A stretch of 64,000 nucleotides of DNA, from contig CACMAX010000001.1 in NCBI GenBank assembly GCA_902611845.1, positions 209,445 through 273,444 on the forward strand, written 5' to 3'. Source of the DNA: an uncultured Pelagibacteraceae bacterium (lineage in GTDB: Bacteria; Pseudomonadota; Alphaproteobacteria; Pelagibacterales; Pelagibacteraceae). The notes beneath the pieces are model-generated. The model made no database searches. It had not been told where the DNA came from and worked only from the letters and a program-made list of their open reading frames with translations. The position numbers and the translations under genes are program-made. Of the stretch, positions 46,819-56,594 are shown in pieces; the first letter of the stretch is position 1; each line of letters begins with the position of its first letter.

Positions 46819-48438
46819 ATGTCCAGAGAAGTGATGGAATACGATGTTGTCATCGTAGGTGGTGGACCATCAGGACTTTCAACTGCAATTAAATTAAAGC
46901 AGTTAAATCCAGATATTAATGTCTGCCTTTTAGAGAAAGCATCTGAAATAGGTGCACATATTTTATCAGGGAACGTGTTTGAAACACGTGCTTTAGACGA
47001 ACTAATACCTAATTGGAAAGAATTAAATGCTCCAATAAAAACAAAAGTTACAAAAGAAAAATTTTTATTTTTAGGAAAACAAAAATCATTAAGTTGGCCA
47101 ACATGGTTGCTTCCCAAGGTTCAACAAAATCATAACAATTATATTATAAGTCTTGCAAATCTTTGCAGATGGTTAGCAGAGCAGGCTGAGGGATTAGGAG
47201 TTGAAATATTTCCAGGATTTCCAGCAAGTGAAGTTTTATATAATGATGATGGATCAGTTAAAGGTATTGCAACCCAAGATATGGGTATCGACAAAGAGGG
47301 AAATAAAAAAGATACTTATGAACCAGGAATGGAATTACATGCAAAAGTTACAGTCTTTGCAGAAGGATGCAGAGGTCACTTAGGAAAAGAATTAATTAAG
47401 AAGTTTGAGTTGGATAAAGGTAAAAATCCTCAACAATATGGAATTGGTTTTAAAGAAATTTGGGAGATAGATGAAAAAAATCATACAGAAGGTTTAGTAA
47501 TGCATACTGCTGGATGGCCTTTAGACAATAACACCTACGGTGGAAGTTTTATGTATCATGCAGAAAATAAACAAGTTTTTCTTGGTTACGTAATTGGATT
47601 AGATTACCAAAATCCTCATCTCTCACCTTTCGATGAATTCCAAAGATTTAAAACTCATCCAGATATAAAAAAAATAATTGAAGGTGGAAAAAGAATTACT
47701 TATGGTGCAAGAGCTTTAATTGAGGGAGGTATACAGAGTTTACCTCAGATGTTTATGCCAGGTGCTTTGTTAGTTGGATGTGACGCGGGAACGTTAAATA
47801 TGCCTAAAATAAAAGGGTCTCATACTGCAATGAAAAGTGGAATGATCGCTGCAGAAACAATTTATGAGCATCTTACAAAAAATATAAATTTATCTACATA
47901 TGAACAAAAATTTAAAGAAAGTTGGGTTTACAAAGAATTATATGAGGCGAGAAATGTAAAACCAAGTTTCTCTTGGGGTTTAATTCTAGGTATATTATTT
48001 ACTGGAATTGACCAGATTTTATTTAGAGGAAAGCTTCCTTTCACATTAAAGCATAAACACGCTGATCATGAAGCTTTAAAACCAGCAGATAAAATGCCAA
48101 AAATTGATTATCCTAAGCCTGATAACGTTATTACTTTTGATAAAACTAGTTCGGTTTATTTAACAGGTACAATTCATGATGATAATCAGCCAGTCCACTT
48201 AAAACTTAAAGATCCAGATTTGCCAATAAAATATACTTTAGAAAAATTTAATGAGCCTGCACAAAGATATTGTCCAGCAGGAGTTTATGAAGTTCAAGAA
48301 GTAAATTCTGTTCAAAAATTTGTAATAAATGCACAAAATTGCATACATTGTAAAACTTGTGATATTAAAGAGCCATCTCAAAATATTACTTGGGTCACAC
48401 CAGAAGGCGGAGGTGGACCTAAATACGGAAATATGTAA
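46819..48438 (+). CDS. ETF-ubiquinone oxidoreductase
   Basis: VGGGPSG, GAHILSG, KIKGSHTAMKSG, RYCPAGVYE, NCIHCKTCDIK. Confidence 0.96.
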   Translation: MSREVMEYDVVIVGGGPSGLSTAIKLKQLNPDINVCLLEKASEIGAHILSGNVFETRALDELIPNWKELNAPIKTKVTKEKFLFLGKQKSLSWPTWLLPKVQQNHNNYIISLANLCRWLAEQAEGLGVEIFPGFPASEVLYNDDGSVKGIATQDMGIDKEGNKKDTYEPGMELHAKVTVFAEGCRGHLGKELIKKFELDKGKNPQQYGIGFKEIWEIDEKNHTEGLVMHTAGWPLDNNTYGGSFMYHAENKQVFLGYVIGLDYQNPHLSPFDEFQRFKTHPDIKKIIEGGKRITYGARALIEGGIQSLPQMFMPGALLVGCDAGTLNMPKIKGSHTAMKSGMIAAETIYEHLTKNINLSTYEQKFKESWVYKELYEARNVKPSFSWGLILGILFTGIDQILFRGKLPFTLKHKHADHEALKPADKMPKIDYPKPDNVITFDKTSSVYLTGTIHDDNQPVHLKLKDPDLPIKYTLEKFNEPAQRYCPAGVYEVQEVNSVQKFVINAQNCIHCKTCDIKEPSQNITWVTPEGGGGPKYGNM

Positions 48439-48813
48439 TTAAGATAAATCGATTGCAAACTTTTTTAAGGTTTCAATTGGAATAAGCTTTAAAGTGTTTT
48501 TATGAGTTTTTTTTAAATAAATTGGACATCCTTTTCCAGCTTCTAAAGCTCGAGCATACCAGCCTGCACACACGCACCAACTATCTCCATCTTTTAAACC
48601 TGGAAAACCAAACTCAGGATGAGGTGTAATTAAATCATTGCCTGCTTCTTTACACCATTCTAAAAATTCAGTATTTACTTTTGCACAAACAGTGTGCACA
48701 CCATGATCATTTTCATCTGTATTGCAACATCCGTCTCTATACCATCCTGTTAAAGGATCATTTGAACATAACTCTAAGTCTTCGTCTAAAACGTTTTTTT
48801 GTTTATCAGCCAT
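48439..48813 (-). CDS. DUF2237 family protein
   Basis: PLTGWYRDGCC, HTVCA, GNDL, PGLKDGDSWCVCA. Confidence 0.88.
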   Translation of the reverse strand: MADKQKNVLDEDLELCSNDPLTGWYRDGCCNTDENDHGVHTVCAKVNTEFLEWCKEAGNDLITPHPEFGFPGLKDGDSWCVCAGWYARALEAGKGCPIYLKKTHKNTLKLIPIETLKKFAIDLS

Positions 48814-49414
48814 GAAACAATCTTGTTAATTTTTTATCAATATCTATGTTAAAAGAAAATGATCTTCTTTCACCATCAGATTTAAATGGATATGCAGTAT
48901 GCATTAAATTATTTGGGAATAAGATAAGATCACCAACTCTTGGTTTATGATTAAATATAGAATTATTTAAAAAAGATTTAGAACCATAAATAAAATCAAT
49001 TGTTCCGTTAGTTTTAATTTTTTTATGTCCCTTTGTTAAATTGTTTGGAATTTTTAAATAACCAACTCCAGAAACATTGCCATCATGAAAATGTACAGGG
49101 TTATAATCATTTTTAAATTGTCTTACGACCCATAAATTCTTAATTTTAATATTTTTTGACTTCTTATTAAGATTTTTTTTTAAATATTGATTTACACTTT
49201 TAAAAATAAAACTTTTTAAATTTTTTTTAATAAATTTATTTTTTAATTCAATTTCTTGCTCAACTTGACCTACTAACTTTTTTGAGTAGTCATTTGATTT
49301 CAATTTTTTTTTATCTTTGATAATACTTTCAACTTCATCATTAATTTTTTTTACCAAATTTAATGGAATTTTAACAACAGCAATTTTTGGTCCAAACGGA
49401 CTTAAAACTTTCAT
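48806..49414 (-). CDS. Putative 2OG-Fe(II) oxygenase
   Basis: YNPVHFH, SGVGYL, GDLILFP, LMHTAYP, RRSFSFN. The start is placed at MKVLSPFGP (49414) to avoid overlap with hisI. Confidence 0.75.
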   Translation of the reverse strand: MKVLSPFGPKIAVVKIPLNLVKKINDEVESIIKDKKKLKSNDYSKKLVGQVEQEIELKNKFIKKNLKSFIFKSVNQYLKKNLNKKSKNIKIKNLWVVRQFKNDYNPVHFHDGNVSGVGYLKIPNNLTKGHKKIKTNGTIDFIYGSKSFLNNSIFNHKPRVGDLILFPNNLMHTAYPFKSDGERRSFSFNIDIDKKLTRLFHG

Positions 49415-49421
49415 TAATTTT

Positions 49422-49889
49422 TTATATTTTTGTTGGATTAGGTTGTCCTTTATAAACAACTTCTGGATCGAATTTTTTTTCTTCTTCTTCAAATTTCATT
49501 TCGATTTGTCTTGCATTATCAATTTTACCCAAAGGAACAGATCTGTAAAAACAGGATCTGTACCCAACGTGGCAACTAGAACCTTCGCCAATATCTACAG
49601 TCATCCACACTGCATCTTGATCATCATCAATTCGAATCTCTTTTACTTTTTGAACAAACCCACTTGTTTTTCCTTTATGCCAAATTGATTGCCTTGATCT
49701 GCTCCAGTAATGTGCTTCTTTGGTTTCAATAGTTAACTTGAAGGCTTCGACATTCATATACCCATGCATTAATATTTCTTTTGTTTTTGAGCATGTTGTA
49801 ATGACGGGAATCAATCCATCATTGTCGAATTTAGGAGATAAAAGCTTGCCTTCTTCTATTTCTGCTACATTTTCTCTTTTTTTAAACAT
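49422..49889 (-). CDS. hisI: Phosphoribosyl-AMP cyclohydrolase
   Basis: GLIPVI, HYWSRSR, WHKGKTSG, DDDQDA, SCHVGYRSCF. Confidence 0.92.
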   Translation of the reverse strand: MFKKRENVAEIEEGKLLSPKFDNDGLIPVITTCSKTKEILMHGYMNVEAFKLTIETKEAHYWSRSRQSIWHKGKTSGFVQKVKEIRIDDDQDAVWMTVDIGEGSSCHVGYRSCFYRSVPLGKIDNARQIEMKFEEEEKKFDPEVVYKGQPNPTKI

Positions 49890-49967
49890 ATATGTGGAAT
49901 TATCTAACATAATAATAAATATAATAAATATTTTAAAATTAAGGTTTTATATATATAAAAGCACGTC

Positions 49968-50570
49968 ATGAAATTAGTAAAAAACGAAAACGAAAAAAAA
50001 ATTAACGAAGTAACAGACAAGGAAGCTGAAGAAGCTTTCGTTAAAATTCTTAAGTGGTTAGGTGAAGATCCTACCAGAGAAGGTTTATTGGAAACTCCAA
50101 AAAGAGTAACAAAAGCATTTAAAGAATATTTCAAGGGATACAAAGAAGATCCTAAAGCAGTTTTAGATAAAACATTTGGTGATGTTGAAGGCTATAGCGA
50201 TATGGTTGTTCAGAAAAATATTTCAGTTCAAAGTCATTGCGAACATCACATGGCACCAATTATAGGAATTGCTCATGTAGCATACATTCCAAATCAAAGA
50301 GTTGTAGGATTAAGTAAAATAGCAAGAGTAGTAGAAGTATTTTCTAAAAGATTACAAACACAAGAAAGATTAACTGTTCAGATCGCTAATACTTTAATGG
50401 AGTCGTTGGATGCAAAAGGAGTTGCGGTAACAATAGATTCAACTCATCAGTGTATGACTATGAGAGGTATAAAAAAAGAGCAAGCTACCACAGTTACAAA
50501 TTTTTATCTTGGACAGTTTAAAGACGATTTAAGTTATCAAAATAGATATTTGCGATTTATTGCAAAATAA
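49968..50570 (+). CDS. folE: GTP cyclohydrolase I (type IA)
   Basis: REGLLETPKRV, SHCEHH, GLSKIAR, RLQTQE, HQCMTMRG. Confidence 0.97.
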   Translation: MKLVKNENEKKINEVTDKEAEEAFVKILKWLGEDPTREGLLETPKRVTKAFKEYFKGYKEDPKAVLDKTFGDVEGYSDMVVQKNISVQSHCEHHMAPIIGIAHVAYIPNQRVVGLSKIARVVEVFSKRLQTQERLTVQIANTLMESLDAKGVAVTIDSTHQCMTMRGIKKEQATTVTNFYLGQFKDDLSYQNRYLRFIAK

Positions 50571-50585
50571 TATTTACTGATAAAC

Positions 50586-51587
50586 ATGGCGGACTCATTT
50601 AAAGCAGTTGTAATAAACAATCAGAACGAAAATTTTACAAGAGAAGTCAAAGAACTAAGTTTAGATCATTTTAAAGATGGTGAGGTGCTAGTTAAGATAG
50701 ATTATTCCGATCTTAATTGGAAAGATGCAATGATACTAAAAGATGGTGGTAAATTAGTTAAAGAGTATCCAAGAATACCTGGTATTGATTTTTCTGGAAC
50801 TGTTGCACAAGGAGATGGTGAAGAATTTAAAGAAGGAGACAGAGTTATATTAACAGGTTGTAGAGCAGGTGAACTTTTTGATGGTGGATATTCTCAATAT
50901 GCAAAAGTTAAAAAGGATCATATTACAAAAACACCTGAGGGAATGACAAATAAACAAGCTATGATTTTAGGAACTGCTGGTCTTACAGGTTTGTTATGTG
51001 CCTTTGCAGTTAAAGCAAGAGAGGAACTATTGATGCAATCAAAAGTAAATGATGTGTTGGTAACAGGTTCTACAGGTGGAGTTGGAATGGTGGCAGTAAT
51101 GGTTCTTGCAAAGATGGGAATTAATGTAACAGCTGTAACTGGTAAACCAGATAAAGCAGATTATCTAAAAGAACTTGGTGCTAAAAACGTTATAGATCGT
51201 AAAGAATTTGAAGGTGAAGCAAGATTAATAGATAAAGGAACATGGGATGGTGTTGTAGATACTGTGGGTGGTAACATTTTATCTAATGCAATAGCTCAAA
51301 CTAAACCAAAAGGAATTGTTGCCATATGTGGAAATGCTAGTGGCAATAAATTAAATACCTCAGTAATTCCATTTATTTTAAGAGCAGTCAAATTATGGGG
51401 AGTAGACTCGGTTAATATTAGTAAAAAAAGAAAAGAGTTTGTATGGGGAGAATTTCCTGCTTTGCTAGATTTTAATATTTTAGAAAAATCAGTAAATACT
51501 ATTGGATTAGATGAATTATTAAATGTCTATCCTGATATATTAAAAGGAAATTTAAAAAATAAAATAGTAGTGGATGTAAATAAATAA
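50586..51587 (+). CDS. acuI: YhdH/AcuI-family acryloyl-CoA reductase-like MDR oxidoreductase
   Basis: YSDLNWKD, IPGIDFSGTV, GTAGLT, TGSTGGVG, VDTVGG, PFILRAVKLWGVDSV. Confidence 0.72.
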   Translation: MADSFKAVVINNQNENFTREVKELSLDHFKDGEVLVKIDYSDLNWKDAMILKDGGKLVKEYPRIPGIDFSGTVAQGDGEEFKEGDRVILTGCRAGELFDGGYSQYAKVKKDHITKTPEGMTNKQAMILGTAGLTGLLCAFAVKAREELLMQSKVNDVLVTGSTGGVGMVAVMVLAKMGINVTAVTGKPDKADYLKELGAKNVIDRKEFEGEARLIDKGTWDGVVDTVGGNILSNAIAQTKPKGIVAICGNASGNKLNTSVIPFILRAVKLWGVDSVNISKKRKEFVWGEFPALLDFNILEKSVNTIGLDELLNVYPDILKGNLKNKIVVDVNK

Positions 51588-52477
51588 TGGATTGGGATAA
51601 ATTAAAGATATTTCATGCAGTTGCTGAGGCAGGTAGCTTTACTAGTGCAACAGTAATTCTAAATCTAAGTCAATCTGCAATTAGTAGACAAATTCAATCT
51701 TTAGAAGAAGATTTAAAAGTTAAATTATTTGAACGTCATGCTAGAGGTTTAACACTAACTGAAAATGGTGAATATGTATTTAAAACAGCTCATGAAGTTA
51801 TCTCCAAATTAAAAGAGGTAGAAACAACTTTAGGAGATAAAAAACATAAACCATCCGGAAAACTATCAGTAACAACCGTTGTTAGTTTTGGAACAACTTG
51901 GCTGACGCCAAGAATACAAGAATTTATGCAATTAAATCCAGAAATTGAAGTTGAACTCATATTTGATGATAGGGAGTTAGATTTAAGCACAAGACAAGCA
52001 GATATTGGAATATTTATGAGAAGACCGAAACAACTTAATTATATTCAAAAAAAGCTCATAGATATCAATTATCACATCTACGGATCACCAAAATACTTAG
52101 AAAAACATGGATATCCCAAGACAGTTAATGACCTAAATAAGCACAACTTTATTTCATTTGGTAGAGGAGCTCCATCACCAGTTTATAATCCAGATTGGGC
52201 ATTAAAACTTGGAATGAAAGATAATAAAAAAAGAAAAACTGTAATGAGAGTGAATAGTGTTTATGGTTTACTATTAGCTGTTCAAAGTGGTGTAGGATTA
52301 GCTGCAATTCCAGATTACTTAACTGTGAAACAACCAAATATTGTTAAAGTTTTACCAAGCGTTCAAGGTCCAACTACCGAGGCACACTTTGTATATCCTC
52401 AATCACTTAAAAATGTTGCTAGAGTTCAAGCTTTTAGAAACTTCCTTTACAGTAAAATTTCTGAGTGGGAATTTTAA
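51587..52477 (+). CDS. LysR-family transcriptional regulator (LsrB/VtlR-like N-terminus)
   Basis: MDWDKLKIFHAVAEAGSFT HTH, LSQSAISRQI, LFERHARGL. Confidence 0.93.
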   Translation: MDWDKLKIFHAVAEAGSFTSATVILNLSQSAISRQIQSLEEDLKVKLFERHARGLTLTENGEYVFKTAHEVISKLKEVETTLGDKKHKPSGKLSVTTVVSFGTTWLTPRIQEFMQLNPEIEVELIFDDRELDLSTRQADIGIFMRRPKQLNYIQKKLIDINYHIYGSPKYLEKHGYPKTVNDLNKHNFISFGRGAPSPVYNPDWALKLGMKDNKKRKTVMRVNSVYGLLLAVQSGVGLAAIPDYLTVKQPNIVKVLPSVQGPTTEAHFVYPQSLKNVARVQAFRNFLYSKISEWEF

Positions 52478-52510
52478 ATAATTTATCCAAAAAACAGTAC
52501 TAATTGCGAT

Positions 52511-52569
52511 TGATTATCAATTGCGACAATATTGCAATTGATAATCATTTTCATTGAGAATAGTTATCA
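52511..52569. promoter_or_regulatory. Fur-type iron boxes / 14-bp inverted repeat upstream of the Fe(III)-binding protein gene
   Basis: TGATTATCAATTGC-N9-GCAATTGATAATCA. GCAATTGATAATCATTTTC matches the 19-bp Fur consensus at 15/19. TGAGAATAGTTATCA matches the 7-1-7 consensus at 12/14. Confidence 0.72.
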
Positions 52570-52622
52570 TCCGCATTGCAGGACTAATTACGTTTAATAT
52601 AAATATAAATTTAAGGAGTAGA

Positions 52623-53645
52623 ATGATAAAATTGACAATAATTTCATTGTTTTTCGCTTTAATTTCAAGTTTTACGATTGCAGCTGAGGTCAATATTTTT
52701 AGTGCAAGACACTATGATTCTGACATTCAATTATATGAAAAGTTCACAGCAGCAACAGGAATTAAAGTAAACGTAGTATCAGGTAAGGATAAAGCCCTGC
52801 AGAAAAGAATTACAGAAGAGGGAGCAGACTGTGTTGGAGATTTATACATCACAGCTGATGCTGGAAGATTAGGTGCATTTGCAGCCAAAGGCATGATGCA
52901 AAACGCTGGTTGGTCAAAAGCTATTAAGGATGCTGTACCTGCACAATTTAGATCTGCTAAATGGACTGGAATAGCTAAGAGAGCAAGAATAATTTATTAT
53001 TCACCTGAAAGAGTAAATGCAAATGAACTAAATGGCATGACTTACGAAGGTCTAGCTGATCCAAAATGGAAAGGTAGATTAGTAATAAGAAAATCTAATA
53101 ACATTTATAACCAGTCTTTAGTTGCTTCACTAGTTAAGAATAATGGTAAAGCAAAAACTGCAGAATGGTCTAAAGCTGTTGTGGCAAATATGGCCAGAAC
53201 TCCAAAAGGTAACGATCGTGCTCAAATCATGGCTGTAGCTGCTGGAGAAGCTGATATAGCTGTTGCAAACACATACTATCATGCATTGATGTTATCTGGA
53301 AAAAAAGGTGCTGAACAACAAGAAGCAGCAAAAAAAGTAATGCCTTTTTTCCCTAATCAACAAGATAGAGGAACGCACATTAATATTAGTGGAGCTGGTA
53401 TGCTTAAACATGCACCAAACAAAGCTAATGCTGTAAAATTAGTTGAGTTTTTATTATCAGAAGAGGCTCAAAATCATATTGTGAATAATACTTTTGAGTA
53501 TCCAATGATCGGTGGTGTAACACCTAATGATTTAGTTCCAGGTAAAGAGATGAACTTTGTAATGGATACTAAAACAAGTGTTAAGTCATACGGTGCAAAA
53601 CAAGCAGATGCATTAGAAGTAATGTTGGCTGCAGGTTGGAAATAA
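52623..53645 (+). CDS. Fe(III) ABC transporter substrate-binding protein (FutA/FbpA-type)
   Basis: SARHYDSD, ITADAGRL, KRARIIYY, SNNIYNQSL, GNDRAQI, ANTYY; SD AAGGAG before ATG 52623. Confidence 0.93.
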   Translation: MIKLTIISLFFALISSFTIAAEVNIFSARHYDSDIQLYEKFTAATGIKVNVVSGKDKALQKRITEEGADCVGDLYITADAGRLGAFAAKGMMQNAGWSKAIKDAVPAQFRSAKWTGIAKRARIIYYSPERVNANELNGMTYEGLADPKWKGRLVIRKSNNIYNQSLVASLVKNNGKAKTAEWSKAVVANMARTPKGNDRAQIMAVAAGEADIAVANTYYHALMLSGKKGAEQQEAAKKVMPFFPNQQDRGTHINISGAGMLKHAPNKANAVKLVEFLLSEEAQNHIVNNTFEYPMIGGVTPNDLVPGKEMNFVMDTKTSVKSYGAKQADALEVMLAAGWK

Positions 53646-53819
53646 ATGATAGCTGTTAAAAAAAAATTTACTACGGAAGTTGATTATAATAAATCTTCCA
53701 AAGCCTGTCCTGCATGTGCTTCGGAGTGTGAAAAAATCAATAAACGTGTAAATAATAGAAAATTGTCTGAAATTAAAACTAAGGAGGTTCCGCATATCCT
53801 AAAAGTATTTAATTTTTGA
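53646..53819 (+). CDS. 57-aa basic CPACxxxC microprotein, missing from the ORF track
   Basis: Hand translation MIAVKKKFTTEVDYNKSSKACPACASECEKINKRVNNRKLSEIKTKEVPHILKVFNF; the ATG directly follows the SBP TAA. Confidence 0.62.
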   Translation: MIAVKKKFTTEVDYNKSSKACPACASECEKINKRVNNRKLSEIKTKEVPHILKVFNF

Positions 53820-53832
53820 TTTTCTAAAGTTT

Positions 53833-53870
53833 GTGCCTATGGTTTGGTCTCCTAAGCCATGGGCACTTTT
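53833..53870 (+). terminator. Hairpin + T run between the Fe-SBP unit and the permease
   Basis: GTGCCTATGGTTT-(8 nt)-AAGCCATGGGCAC-TTTT, a 13-bp stem with two G-U pairs. Confidence 0.7.
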
Positions 53871-53902
53871 GATTTTCATGATTATAAGGCGGATTATAAT
53901 AT

Positions 53903-55513
53903 ATGAAATTTAATTCCTGGTACCTTTCTTCATTTTTAGTTTCATTTGTTGTTGCAATTCCAATTTTAACTGTGTTTGCAAGTTTCTTCCAAGAAACAAC
54001 TAATTACTTTGATATTTTAAAAAATACATTTTTAATTGAATATATTTATAATTCCTTGATATTACTTTTAGGAGTTTTAGTTCTTACATTATTATTAGGT
54101 GTTGGCAGTGCATATGTAGTTTCATTTTATGATTTTCCAGGCGTTAAATTTTTTAAATGGGCTTTAATATTATCTTTTGCAGTACCTGCTTACATTTATG
54201 CTTATTCATTAACTGCTTTTTTTGAAAACTTTGGAACACTATACTCAATAATGAAATCTTTATTTGGACCTGGTGAATATAATCAATCCATTCCAAAATT
54301 TGATGGTATGCTTGGTGCTATTTTATCTATTTCTTTTTCACTATTTGGATATGTTTACGTTTTAACTAGAGCATCTTTTCATTATCAGTCTCAAAATTTA
54401 ATAGAATTAGGACAAAATCTAGGTTTTTCAAAATATAAGTCTTTCTTTAAAATCATTTTACCATCTGCAAGACCAGCGATAGTTGCGGGTTTGGCATTAG
54501 TTGCTATGGAAACTTTATCAGATTTTGGAGCAGTATCATTTTTTGGAATAGCGACTCTTACTACTGGAATATATGATTCATGGATATCTTTTGATGATTT
54601 AGCTTTTGCAAATCAACTCTCATTTTTTTTATTATTATTTATTCTAGTACTTTTTTTTATAGAGAATATCTCAAGAAAAAAAGCTCAATATCACTCTCCA
54701 GTTAAGGGAGGAATTAAAGAAAAGAAGAAAATTAAATTAAACTTTTCAAAAGGGTTTTTAGCATTCGGATTTTGTTTTTTAGTTTTTTTAGTCAGTTTTT
54801 TATTCCCTGTTTTACAAATGTTGTATTGGACAATAATTTTTCCAAAAAATTTATTTGATTTAAATACTTTTCAATTATTTATAAACACAATTTACCTAGT
54901 ATTTTTATCAAGTGTAGTTCTAGTAATTTTTTCATTTATTTCAAATTATGGAAACAGAGTAACTAAAAGTAAATTCTTAAATTATCTTACAACATTTTCT
55001 ATTACTGGTTATGCAATCCCTGGTGTAATTTTAGCTGTAGCATTCATCACTTTTATTGCTTGGTTTGATAATACTTTTATAAAAGCCTTTGAATTTAATT
55101 CTATAAAAAGAGTATTTATAGGATCTATTTTTGGTTTAGTAATAGTTTATTTTATCAGATTTTATTCATTAGCTTATAACGGTTTGAAAACTGGTTATGA
55201 AAGACTAAATAGGTCAATTGATGAAAGTTCTTATCTTCTTGGTTACTCGAAAATAAAAACTTTTTTAGGAATTCATGTTCCTTATTTAAAAAATTCTGTT
55301 TTTCTTATAGGGATATTGATTACTATAGAAGTAATAAAAGAATTACCTATAACTTTGATATTGAGACCATTTAACTTTGAAACATTCGCTACAACAGCAT
55401 ATATTTTTGCATCTCAAGATCTTTTAGAGGCTGCAGCAGTTCCATCATTATTCTTGATATTAATTGCAAGTGCATTTATTTTGATTACGTCTAAATTTAT
55501 TTTGAAAGACTAA
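53903..55513 (+). CDS. Fe(III) ABC transporter permease (FbpB-type)
   Basis: LSFAVPAYIYAY, ARPAIVAG, METLSDFG, GYAIPG, KELPITLILRPFNFET. Confidence 0.93.
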   Translation: MKFNSWYLSSFLVSFVVAIPILTVFASFFQETTNYFDILKNTFLIEYIYNSLILLLGVLVLTLLLGVGSAYVVSFYDFPGVKFFKWALILSFAVPAYIYAYSLTAFFENFGTLYSIMKSLFGPGEYNQSIPKFDGMLGAILSISFSLFGYVYVLTRASFHYQSQNLIELGQNLGFSKYKSFFKIILPSARPAIVAGLALVAMETLSDFGAVSFFGIATLTTGIYDSWISFDDLAFANQLSFFLLLFILVLFFIENISRKKAQYHSPVKGGIKEKKKIKLNFSKGFLAFGFCFLVFLVSFLFPVLQMLYWTIIFPKNLFDLNTFQLFINTIYLVFLSSVVLVIFSFISNYGNRVTKSKFLNYLTTFSITGYAIPGVILAVAFITFIAWFDNTFIKAFEFNSIKRVFIGSIFGLVIVYFIRFYSLAYNGLKTGYERLNRSIDESSYLLGYSKIKTFLGIHVPYLKNSVFLIGILITIEVIKELPITLILRPFNFETFATTAYIFASQDLLEAAAVPSLFLILIASAFILITSKFILKD

Positions 55514-56568
55514 TGGCTATTAATTTTTTTGAAATTGAAAATGTATCTTTTGCTGCTGGCGGGAAAAATAAAGTTAATAATGTTTCTTTAAAAATTGAAA
55601 ATGAAGGAGAAATTGTATGTTTACTTGGCCCCTCCGGCATAGGTAAAACCACAATATTAAGAACTATTGCAGGTTTAGAAAAAATTAATAAAGGTAAAAT
55701 TAATCTAAAAGGTAGAACAATTTCTTCTGAAAATATTCATATCGAACCAGAAAATCGTAATATTGCTCTATCATTTCAAGAGAACAGCTTATTTCCTCAT
55801 TATAATATAGAAAAAAATATTAATCTTGGTTCAGATAGAGTGAAAGATGATAAAAAAATACAAACTAAAGAAGTAATTAATTTTTTAAACTTAAACAAAA
55901 TATTAAATAAATTTCCACATGAGATTAGTGCCGGTGAAGCCCAAAGAGCTTCTTTAGCAAGGTCATTGGTCTCTCAACCAGATTTACTAATGCTTGATGA
56001 GCCATTATCTAATGTAGATCAAAGTTTTAAGGAGGAAATTCAAGTTGAATTAAAGCAAATTTTAACAAATTCTAAAATAACAACAATAATTGTAACACAC
56101 GATTCTTATGAAGCTTTTTATCTTGGCAGTAAATGTGGAATAATATTAGATGGTGAATTAAAACAATATGATGATCCATATAACGTTTATCATTTACCAA
56201 ATTCAGTAGAAGTAGTTAATTTTTTAAATAGAGGTACATTAATACCAGCAGAAGTTACCAGTCCGAAAAGTCTTGAAAATGAAGATTTAGGTACAATAAC
56301 TGGAAATTTCGCTAGACCGTTTCCAATAGGATCTAAAGTAAAATTATTAATACAACCAGAGGACTTACAGCATGATGATGCGAGTAATCTCAAACTTGAA
56401 GTAGTAGATAGAAAATTTAGAGGATCAAATTTTATTTATACATTAAAAACATTAAGCAATAAATTAATACCAGTTTTTGTGCATTCTCATCATATTCATC
56501 AACATGAAGTTGATGAAAAATTTGGTATAAAAAGACCCATTCACATCGATCATATTGTTTGCTTTTAA
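55513..56568 (+). CDS. Fe(III) ABC transporter ATP-binding protein (FbpC-type)
   Basis: GPSGIGKT, FQENSLFPH, ISAGEAQRASLAR, LDEPLSNVD. Confidence 0.9.
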   Translation: MAINFFEIENVSFAAGGKNKVNNVSLKIENEGEIVCLLGPSGIGKTTILRTIAGLEKINKGKINLKGRTISSENIHIEPENRNIALSFQENSLFPHYNIEKNINLGSDRVKDDKKIQTKEVINFLNLNKILNKFPHEISAGEAQRASLARSLVSQPDLLMLDEPLSNVDQSFKEEIQVELKQILTNSKITTIIVTHDSYEAFYLGSKCGIILDGELKQYDDPYNVYHLPNSVEVVNFLNRGTLIPAEVTSPKSLENEDLGTITGNFARPFPIGSKVKLLIQPEDLQHDDASNLKLEVVDRKFRGSNFIYTLKTLSNKLIPVFVHSHHIHQHEVDEKFGIKRPIHIDHIVCF

Positions 56569-56594
56569 ATTTAATTGTATAAATTACATTAAGT

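Noticed and set aside
49945-49960. Perfect palindrome TTTTATATATATAAAA in the hisI/folE divergent promoter
   Set aside because: Low-complexity AT run with no evidence of specificity
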